In this document: positions 1 to 7,818 of the stretch, piece by piece
Layout: every line of letters begins with the position of its first letter
Numbering within the stretch: position 1 is the first letter of the stretch
Origin: Paraspadella gotoi
Lineage: Eukaryota > Animalia > Chaetognatha
NCBI GenBank assembly: GCA_051294375.1
Contig: JBJCIZ010000415.1
Location: 1-9,777, forward strand
Reading direction: 5' to 3'
DNA length: 9,777 bases
Translations under genes and position numbers: made by a program
The notes under the pieces: generated by a model
The model's database searches: none
What the model saw: the letters and a program-made list of their open reading frames with translations, nothing else
Told to the model about the DNA's origin: nothing

Positions 1-43
1 CAAGTTCCATTAGTGAGGCAGTGATGAAGTTGAAATGTGTATC

Positions 44-370
44 GATTCAAGTATTTTTTGTTTGAATTTCCCCTTCATTATAATTTACTGCAATATGCTA
101 ATTAGATTATAGTAATTACTGCAATAACAAATTAGTATATAGTAAACTATATTTTAATTTGCATAATGCAGTAAATCATAATAAAGTAGAAATTCAAACA
201 AAAAATACTTGAATCAATATGAAACATGTGATTTTAAAAGTACTTGATGATGATGATGATGATTATTACAAATAAAAATATACACTTTTACAACTTTCAA
301 TTGAAAAAAATTTAACAATTTTCAATTGTAAACAATTGTAACTTTTTTTGTCTTTCTTTTATTTTTGGAA
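44..370 (+). repeat. Dispersed repeat copy A containing a 172-bp hairpin (44-215)
   Basis: GATTCAAGTATTTTTTGTTTGAATTTC (44-70) is the exact reverse complement of 189-215, and imperfect pairing continues ~30 bp inward. The whole block is homologous, inverted, to 8588-8925. Confidence 0.9.
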
Positions 371-631
371 AAAGTTTTAATTAGCAAACTTATAAGGCAA
401 TGAAATTTAATTCTATACAAAACCTTGTGCGATTCACGACAAACTCTCTGGCGTCCATGATGAAATCATTTGAAAAGGAAAATTTTTCCTTAAAAACGAA
501 GAGAAAATGATAATTTTAGAGTCTTCATCAGCATCTATTATTATCTTTAAATTATATCTCTTCTCTTTTTTTTGTTTGAATTTCTTTCTAATTATTTTTT
601 TAGTCACTTTTTTTTTTTCACCCACGAGCGA

Positions 632-1540
632 CGAGTAAACGAGTTCCGCCTATGCGGCGTTGTTCAGTCTTCTTTCTTCTCATCTCTCCTCTCTCTCTCC
701 TTCTCTCTCTTTCTCTCTCTTTCTCTGCTCTTTCTCTCTTACGATCTCTTTGCGTGATCGTTCGTTTTTTGAAAAAAATTCTTTTTTTTTTTTCCTTCTA
801 AAAACTTTTATTATCGCCAATTTATTCCGCGCTTTTTTTTTCAATACAAAATCCCAAATTTATATCTGAGATTTTGTGGATTTTTTTGGAAAATGTGAAG
901 AATAACTTACTTGACCTGGATTTCGTGGCCGTGTTGCAGGGCAACGAGTAGAATGCAATGTCAAGGAACATGACCTAAAAAACGCGTTTTGATGGCAATG
1001 GAACGTTACGTGTATAATAGGATCACTTGACCGAGATCACGCCGCCCGTTGCGAGGCACGGATATCGATATAATAATGGAAAGAAATAGGTTTTTCTTTT
1101 TATTTGTCTCCTCTCTCTCTCTCTCTCTCTACGAGATGCTGTCTCTCTTCATTTTTTTTTTCTATAAAACTGTTATTATCTACCATTAGTCCTCCGCTTT
1201 GTATTCTCTTTACCTGATTGTCGTGGCCGCGCTCTCGATCGGCAACGAGTAAGTCACTCATGCTAAGAGACATTGACATTAGGTATATAACCGCGATATA
1301 TTATTCATTCATTGGAAGACTTCAAAAATATCATAGTCGTTCAACTGAGTATTTTCAACTATATATTTTGTTAATAGGGTATTATAATTTTTAATGTAAT
1401 AATCTAGGCTTTCTCTCCTTCTCTCTCTCCTCCCTCTCTTTTTTTTTCCTTCTAAATACTTTTATTATCGCCATTTATTCCGCGCTTTTCTCATACAAAA
1501 TCCAAATAATTATCACTCAGCGAGATTTTGGGATTTTTCA
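632..1540 (+). repeat. Cluster of three diverged copies of a CT-microsatellite-containing repeat unit
   Basis: (CT)n is followed by TTCTAAAAACTTTTATTATCGCCA(A)TTTATTCCGCGCTTTT..ATACAAAATCC..GAGATTTTG at ~795-890 and ~1450-1540, with a more diverged copy at ~1160-1200. CGTGGCCG..GGCAACGAGTA occurs at ~924-950 and ~1222-1251. Confidence 0.85.
1324..1392 (+). repeat. Near-identical inverted repeat partner of 7752-7818
   Basis: CATAGTCGTT(C)AACTGAGTATTTTCAACTATATATTTTGTTAATAGGG(T)ATTATAATTTTT differs from the reverse complement of 7752-7818 by two 1-nt indels and one substitution. Confidence 0.93.
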
Positions 1541-2290
1541 TAAATTCTGATTTCTTTATATAAACTGAGTATTGAGACCGTAATATTGCGTTTGGTTGGC
1601 GAGGAAAACTGGTCAGCTCTCTTCCTCTCTCTTCTCTTTTCTCTCTCTCTCTCTCACTCTTACACGTTTGTTTTATTGACGATGAATGACTCATTGCGCC
1701 AATGAATGACTATCATCGCATCAATCATTCGTTTTTTTATCCAGATTTTTTCATTAATTTTCTTTAATAGTAACGTCTGGCGAGATCACTATACTTTTAA
1801 GATTTTTTTAGTTCATTCACAATTCTGCGTAAACGTCATTGTCTTCAATTATTACTAAATAATTAATTTTCTATTGATATGTATTTAAATGTAAAAATTG
1901 TTTTGTTTTTAAATCAGTAAATAACAAAAATTTTAATTTAAATTATTTTTAAAAAAGATTGTGATGTACAGGGGTGAGACCATATATCGAGACAAAACTT
2001 AACGTCCTGCCCTGTCTGAACGATTTGAGATACAATAATAAAATAGGTGCCAAAAGATTTGTCTGTCTTTCTACTTTCATATGCAATGAAACAATAACAA
2101 ATTTTAAACAACTACAGGGCGTTGTGAATGTTTTCAAATCATTTAGTCATTTTTATACGCGCACCTTACATTGCATAGTATAACAGACATACTTTTTATT
2201 ATTTTTCAGTGGTCGTTTCTGAACATGACAGTGTTGTCTTATATTCAATTGACCTGATTTTAAGCTTTTCATCACTATCCAAATTAAACT

Positions 2291-2314
2291 TATTTAATTT
2301 TTTTTCAGGTAAGT
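2291..2314 (+). promoter_or_regulatory. Candidate juxtaposed 3'/5' splice site (T-tract CAG|GTAAGT)
   Basis: TATTTAATTTTTTTTCAG is immediately followed by the consensus donor GTAAGT. Motif only; no transcript evidence. Confidence 0.35.
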
Positions 2315-2600
2315 AAGACAAAATTTTAAGAAGATTTTAATCGTCAAATACTTTATGTATTTCTTACCGTTTTGACCCTTTTATTATGCATTTAAAAATC
2401 GTACATGACTAACTTAATTATCTGATAATATCATTAATAATTTTTAGTTGGGTCTGCTTATCAGCAGATTCCGACTCCGTAATTCACTTTGTCGGTCCGT
2501 CGGTCCTACCCCAAAATATTGTCGTTAAATCATACTATCACATATTCAAACTCGAATTATAAAATTTATGCAAAAAAAATGATGGTCCGTCGTCCGTCCG

Positions 2601-2970
2601 CACTGAGACAGCTGTATAGAGAGACCTCTCCAGTTAAACATCCCGTGGCTTCTCCGGACCCACTAATCGCCTACACTGAGATAAAGCTTGTAAGAGAGAC
2701 CTCCAGGTAAACTCCTGCTTCTCTCCGACCGCACCAATTCGCCTACACTGAAGAAAGCTTGTATAGAGAGACCTCCAGTTAAACTCCCACTCTGTCTCCA
2801 GACTCCACCATCGCCTTACACTGAGAAAGCTTGTAATAGAGATGATCCTCCAGGGTTAATACTCTCGCTTTCTCCAGAGTCCTACCATCAGCCTATCACT
2901 GAGTAAGTAGCTTGATTGATATGTGAGACCTCCAGGTTAAACTCCCGCTCTTCTCCGGACCTCACATTCG
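2601..2970. repeat. Tandem array, 5 copies of a ~70-78 bp unit
   Basis: Units start with CACTGA at 2601, 2674, 2746, 2819 and 2897. Approximate consensus: CACTGAGAAAGCTTGTATAGAGAGACCTCCAGGTTAAACTCCCGCTTTCTCCGGACCCACCATCGCCTA. Confidence 0.95.
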
Positions 2971-3054
2971 TCGTCCGTCTGTCCATTAGCTGTCCGTCCC
3001 CTTTAGCAATAAAACTCAAATTTACTTAGGATTGGATGGATGGAGTTGGTAATG

Positions 3055-3520
3055 CAAATTTTGTGTGTAGTGGTAGGAAAGACTGTGTGATTGAGAAATG
3101 GATAATGAAGTTTTGAATTGTTCATCGGTGCGAGTGGAAATTCGGTTTAAATGAAAAAAACCAAAAAAGCTATTTCACTATTGAACGCTAATTGCTCATA
3201 TTGAGTGATTAGGGCAATGACTTGAAAATTTTGTTATGATGGTAGCGAAACTGTGTTGATTATAGCGGATATAGAAGGTTTCGATGGAATGTGTAAGGAA
3301 ATGAGTTAAAAATGGAAAAAAACAAAAGTAATTTTTACAAAAGTCATATTTTTTTACTTAAATTACTCATAATATTATATTTTATAAAAATGGATAGATA
3401 TAATTGAATAATGAGAATTGTTGTGTGTGTGGGAGGGAAAGTATGTGATATAAGCTGAGGTATATTAAATTTTTTGATGGAATCATAGGAGTGGAAAAGA
3501 GTTCAAATTAAATAAATACC
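3055..3520. repeat. Three strongly diverged ~170-190 bp tandem units
   Basis: The pattern AAATTTTGT..TGGTAG/GGGAG..AAA..TGTG..GAT..GGAAA..GTT..AAATGAAAAAAAC recurs from ~3055, ~3224 and ~3413. Confidence 0.65.
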
Positions 3521-3604
3521 AACAGATTCACATTTATTTGAATTTTTAAAGTTTTCCTGTCTCTCTATCTCTCTCTGATTTATCTGATTGATTAGATTGA
3601 TGTG

Positions 3605-3990
3605 GACCAAATTTATGCCAATTGACAAAAATTATGCCAGTTGACTCAAATTATCCAGTTGATAAAATTATGCCGGTGTGACTCCAAATTAGTTATTACC
3701 AATTGATCCAATTGTTACAGGTCCAATATTATCTCAGTTGATCGAAATTAGTCAGTTATCAAATTATGTCAGTTGTCAATTCAATCATATGATCAATTGA
3801 TGCTCAGTTATTCAAATTATGTCATTAAACAATCGTTAAACTCAAATTAAGTCAGTTAGACCAAATTATGTCAGCTTGACAAAATAGTCAGTGATCCAAA
3901 TATGTAGTGACCAAAGAGATCCAAGTTGACCAAATTTAAGTTGCCATAGCGTTCAAATGCAAGTTGATTAAATTATGTCAAGTTACCAAA
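3605..3990. repeat. 18-bp minisatellite, ~20 degenerate copies
   Basis: Consensus GACCAAATTATGTCAGTT. Examples are gacaaaaattatgccagtt, tcaaattatgtcagtt and gaccaaattatgtcagctt. Confidence 0.92.
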
Positions 3991-4175
3991 AGTATTTACT
4001 ACCACTTAATATCGTGGAAATCCGACATTGTTTGCTCAAACTTGTTTGATAAAATAAGTTTAGTAATAAATGAAACCCAAAACAGTTAACTTACCGCGAA
4101 CCTTACCTGCTTACTTTAAATTTTAAACCAAAATAGCAAATCGTACACCTTGCCAGAAGCATTATTATTACATAT

Positions 4176-4474
4176 TGAGGACGACTTACCACCGGCCCTC
4201 GCTCTCTAAACCCTTCCTCTTTTTCTCTTCTCCGAGCCGTCATATTCCACACGTGTCACTTTGCCCTAAGCTTTGGCAATGACCTAGATTGACCGGACAA
4301 CAGTAAATAGGGGCCAGAGGCGACCCGTAAGTCAAGTTGGTCCGGGCGATATAAAAGTGGACTCAGGAGGACTCGTCTCACTTCTTTGCTACTTCTCTTA
4401 CATGTCCAATACATCTCACCTTCTTTCACTGTATTATTACTATTATCTCTTCTACACTAGTGAGTATTTCCACA
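4176..4474 (+). repeat. Candidate solo LTR of a different element
   Basis: Bounded by TGAGGA...TCCACA (TG..CA, 5/6 inverted match). It has a GC-richer first half, a TATAAAA box at 4350-4356 and a pyrimidine-rich 3' part. No clean target-site duplication. Confidence 0.3.
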
Positions 4475-4519
4475 AAAATATTTTAACTGTTAGTCTGAGA
4501 ATGAGATTAAAGAACAAGT

Positions 4520-4732
4520 TGTGGGGGAGATGTTGTAAGGGGACCTCAAGGGTTATTTCTCCAACAGTAAGAGAAAACAATAACAATTTGAGACGCTAGA
4601 AGTACATAAACAATGAGACAATAAAAGAACATGTAAAGACAACGAGGAACAACTCGGTGAAATCGTATGTTGAGAGAAGAGAGAGAGAATGGTTTCATAG
4701 GGTCAACGAAGTGTTGTGTGGCTACTGCCACA
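4520..4732 (-). repeat. Probable 3' LTR (far end uncertain)
   Basis: Begins TGTGG immediately after the PPT. The candidate end is CCACA (plus-strand tgtgg at 4520-4524), giving a 5-bp terminal inverted repeat. There is no second LTR in the window to confirm it. Confidence 0.5.
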
Positions 4733-4734
4733 CA

Positions 4735-4744
4735 TTCCCCCACC
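4735..4744 (-). other. Polypurine tract of the Gypsy element
   Basis: The minus strand reads GGTGGGGGAA, then TG-TGTGGCAG. It lies downstream of the integrase end, where a PPT abutting the 3' LTR is expected. Confidence 0.75.
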
Positions 4745-5009
4745 GAGGCTTCGACCCGGCTGGGAGAAGCCTATGAGGTTTGTTGAGAGTTTTTCATCTT
4801 CGTCTAGTGTTGACAGCATCGACGGGAGAAATATTTCATATAAACCAGGGATCTGTTGCTTGTTCGTCTGAGTTTGTTGCCGAGATGACGGCGATGCGGA
4901 GAGGGTGCGGTGGAACGACTGAGGCTCGAGACAGGCCTCGTGTGCGGGAGGCGGGCGTCCCACGGTGCGGCGCCGCTGGAGGTGCTAGCGGGGACAGTGG
5001 CGTCAAGGA

Positions 5010-6030
5010 CCGGCTGGCTTGAGCGGTCGACAGATATCGTTTTAACGCCGTGTCCGGGGGAATTTCAATTTTGAAAGTCTTTTTCACTTCGTTCACGACA
5101 ACATATGGCCATCGTACAGGTGGCTGGAGTGCGGTGGAAATGGCTGTCGCGCAAAAATGTAAGACGCGCAATTGGCGTTCTCTGAGCGTATCTGGAACCT
5201 TGTGGACTCAGGACTGAGTCCCATGCGTCGGAGAGAGGCTACATAAGAGCGACGTCCGCGCGCAGCATCTTACGAAACATGCGCACACGCAGCAAGCGTC
5301 GGCGTCAGTGTTGGAACCGGAAGTATTGCCCGGGAAACCGAGCGTCTCTCCAAGCGCCAGTCTTGGCCGGGGTAAAAGATTATTCAAGAATTCCCGTCTC
5401 TGGGGGGGAGGAAAGTTGCGCGAAAGCTTGAGCAGGTGTCCATCGGGAGCTGTGAAAGCCAGTTTGTTGCCGGCGCATTGCAGCGCGCACGTAGTGCCGC
5501 TGAGAGTTCGGTGGAGTCTTTCACCATCCCATTGCCTGGGGATGATATCAGGCCGTTGGTGGTGGAGTGCGGCAACAACCCACAACTGCCGCAACTGACG
5601 CCAAAGTTCCAAATGGAATTGGTGCGCCCTGTTCTCCATCAGACGACGCAGGCACACCAAAGCGGGAGCACCCGCAGTAGAAGGAGAGGAAGCCATTGGC
5701 GATTGAGGCAGCGGAGAGTATCTCGCAGTGGCGCCACTTCCGGCCCAGCGTGTGAAGCGGTCAATGATGGTAAGGAGGTGAAGTGTGGCCGAAAACGGCT
5801 GGCAGGGGGCCCACAAGATCGACGTGGGACGTGCGCAAATCTGTTTTGTTGGGGATCAATAGTGTTGCAGAGGTCGCGCATTGTGGCAGTTGACTTTACC
5901 ACGCTGGCACGTGTCGCATCGCGACTCCGCCCATCGCCGACGTCACTGCGAAGACAGGAGGGCCAAACAAAATCTTTTGATCAGAGAGTATTTGGATGCC
6001 TTTGACGCCAGGATGGTCAATGTTTTGGGC
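5010..6030 (-). pseudogene. pol: Integrase remnant (HHCC zinc finger, DDE core, GPY/F module), frameshifted
   Basis: Across frames: HPGVKG (~6000-6015), CDTCQRGKV (~5893-5919), RFAHV/HVDLVGPLP (~5803-5842), LLTIIDRFTRW, NGMV/ERLHRTL, NWLSQLP, LQPP..PYVVVNEVKKTFKIEI, TISVDR/LKPA (~5015-5040). Confidence 0.93.
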
Positions 6031-6379
6031 GTAGCATCAAAGATTCGGCGCCGGCCATGTCATCGGGACAAGTGGGCCGAGGCCGTGTGCGCCGCGCAAA
6101 CGTCATCAAGACGAGCGATGCAAACGCCGAGTGAAGAGTTTCAAACGTAGACGGGCCATGTGGGGGGGGATGGTTTTTAGGAGGCGTCTGCACGTCCCTC
6201 AATCATTTTCTTTGTGCAGCAGGCGCATCGCGCCTCAGGTTGACACTGGTTTGATGTCCAATACGCGTTGACTGTGGCAATGACGTCGTCTTTTGCGCGA
6301 TTCCGTTCCGTTTGGTTTCAGTTTGTTGAGAGCGGGGGGCTGGTTCTGGCTGAGATTGGTGTGCGCTTGTGTGGACGGA

Positions 6380-6745
6380 GAGGCGTCAGCCAACAACATT
6401 TGTCCTTGCCAGAAATATGTCGGATATCGCTTGATGTGAAGTTCAGCAATTCCAGCAAACTGATAATCTGACACATCAATGTGTGTGTTCCGTGCCTTTC
6501 CTCAGCGCAGGGACGGAGCAAAATATGGTCGCTGTCAATAGTGTGAAGCGACGTCCTGTCACATATAGGACGGAAGTGAGCGAATTGGCGGTGTGGGCGG
6601 CCGTTAAAGCTCTTTGTCGAAAGTGGCGGCATTTTTTTTTTGAGAGTCTTGCAGTCCTTGGAGAAGAATCCCAATGGCTTACCAAGGATTCTTCCACGCG
6701 CATGCCAAGGACGGCGGCAATTCCATGTCAGAGGCATCAAACAGT
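6380..6745 (-). pseudogene. pol: RNase H remnant (Gypsy pol), frameshifted
   Basis: ORF 6318..6764 contains KPLGFFSK, FAHFRP and FTSSDIRHISGKD. Adjacent frames give GRRFTLLT, FIAE-like QFAGIAE and LADA. These match the Gypsy RNase H pattern PLGFFS..HFR..FTLxTDH..DIRHISGKDNVVADALSR. Confidence 0.9.
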
Positions 6746-6799
6746 GGAGCAAGAGCGACTCCATCGACTGGGTGACAAGGAGGGTGGCATCAGCACCAG

Positions 6800-7410
6800 G
6801 GCGTCTTTGATGGAGGTGAAGGCGTTCTCCTGCATGGGGCTGCCCACCTGAGAGGGCGCCTTTTTTCCGTGGAGGAGCTCATAGAGGGGGCGAGGTGCCT
6901 GGGCAGCATGGGGGACTGAATCGACGATATATGAGTTAGCAATCCCTAAAGAAACGCTGGGAGCTCCTTGATCGTGGTGGGTGTAGCCATGTTGCGATGG
7001 CGTCAAGACCTTGCCGGAAGTGGCTGGATGCCGTGACGTCGACTTGATTAGCTCAGAAATTCGAGACTTGAAGCTCAAAAACGCTCTTAGCCCTGTTCGA
7101 CCAACGAAGGCCATTGTTGGCAAGGGCGATTGAATGACACGCTTGAGATTCTCAAGAATGTACTTTCGTGAGAACTTGAGGCCACAAGGAGTCATTGAAA
7201 ATAATGAAGACCTGGGGAACACCACCGTTAGACCCGGTCCATCATACGCTGAATAAATCCTTGCTGATATTTCAGTCCAATTGGCATGAAATCCTAATAT
7301 TCCCTAAGTGCCAAATGGTGGTTTATGAATGCAGTTTTGTGGCGATTCTTCCTTGGCGACGGTATCTGGTGATAGCCTTTGCACGATCGTCTATGGTGGC
7401 GCCATTGAGA
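6800..7410 (-). pseudogene. pol: Reverse transcriptase remnant (Gypsy pol), frameshifted
   Basis: Read across frameshifts: DLNGATI, KAYHQIP, KTAFI..PPFG, FMPIGLK, QRMMDRV, VFIxFNDxLVASS (degenerate YxDD at ~7190-7212), LENLKRVIQ, RPLYELLHGKK, AFTSIKDAL. Confidence 0.9.
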
Positions 7411-7496
7411 TCGTACAGAGAGAGACAGAGACAGAGAGAGACCGCAAACTTAGAAAGTGATAGAAATAAAATTGTTTTGTTAGAGTTGAAGAGACA

Positions 7497-7687
7497 GTAA
7501 TTATTGTTATATGTTAGTGACAGAACCGTTCAATATAAGCAGTCCCTGAGCTTCGGATCAGGCTGTAACACCATGTTACAGGCGGGTTAAGCGCCCCGTC
7601 CCTCTTAACTACCAGACGACCACCGGGCTAGAACCCCGGACCTTTGGGTTGGGAGGCGAATGACTTGCCTCCGGCACCAATGGCCGC
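7497..7687 (-). mobile_element. tRNA-derived SINE with tRNA-Gly(CCC)-like head
   Basis: Minus 7687-7616 is a 72-nt tRNA-like head. It has acceptor stem GCGGCCA/TGGTCGT, A-box-like TGGTGCCGGAGG, TTCGCCTCCCA resembling the tRNA-Gly anticodon region (stem broken), and T-arm CCGGG-GTTCTAG-CCCGG. A ~100-nt body and an A-rich tail (TAACATATAACAATAA) follow. Confidence 0.75.
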
Positions 7688-7751
7688 TGATGAACGGTTG
7701 GTGGATTTTAGTCCACCATAGAGTGTGATTAAGCATCAATAATAACGGTCA

Positions 7752-7818
7752 AAAAATTATAATCCCTATTAACAAAATATATAGTTGAAAATACTCAGTT
7801 AACGACTATGATGTTTTT
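7752..7818 (-). repeat. Near-identical inverted repeat partner of 1324-1392
   Basis: Reverse-complement match to 1324-1392, including an uninterrupted 37-nt identical run AACTGAG...AATAGGG. Confidence 0.93.

Larger units (their letters stand above)
2441..3520 (+). mobile_element. Helentron/DINE-1-like non-autonomous element (HINE) with internal tandem repeats; 3' end not located
   Basis: Starts in a T run and continues into the imperfect palindrome AGTTGGGTCTGCT-tatc-AGCAGATTCCGACT (2446-2476). GTCC/GTCT microsatellite tracts follow (2491-2506, 2585-2600, 2970-3000), with internal tandem arrays. This matches DINE-1/HINE architecture. Confidence 0.6.
4520..7410 (-). mobile_element. Degenerate, 5'-truncated Ty3/Gypsy LTR retrotransposon (pol remnant + PPT + probable 3' LTR; no gag, protease or 5' LTR seen)
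   Basis: Minus-strand motifs occur in the order RT, RNase H, integrase, ending in a GPY/F-type module. A purine tract followed by TGTGG lies directly downstream. The segment is visibly GC-richer than its flanks. The lower boundary depends on an uncertain LTR end. Confidence 0.93.

Noticed and set aside
572-869. Short hydrophobic S/L/F-rich ORFs sharing NEFRLC with ORF 8308..8592
   Set aside because: They are translations of the CT microsatellite repeat family. The shared peptide reflects DNA repeat homology, not a membrane-peptide gene family.
1682-1711. ATGAATGACT direct repeat (2 copies)
   Set aside because: Too short and isolated to interpret.
2601-2970. CRISPR-like periodicity (~73 bp)
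   Set aside because: The entire unit is repeated with no unique spacers, there are no cas genes, and the context is eukaryotic.
4176-4732. TRIM (LTR - short internal region with PPT - LTR)
   Set aside because: The two LTR-like segments are not similar to each other and no TGG primer-binding site follows 4474.
5436-6005. 189-aa plus-strand ORF and other plus ORFs between 4780 and 7500
   Set aside because: These are antisense shadows of the GC-rich Gypsy pol and carry no recognisable motifs of their own.
7616-7687. Functional tRNA-Gly gene
   Set aside because: The anticodon stem and D-arm do not pair properly, the T-loop is non-canonical, and there is no oligo-T terminator directly downstream. 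It fits a SINE head better.
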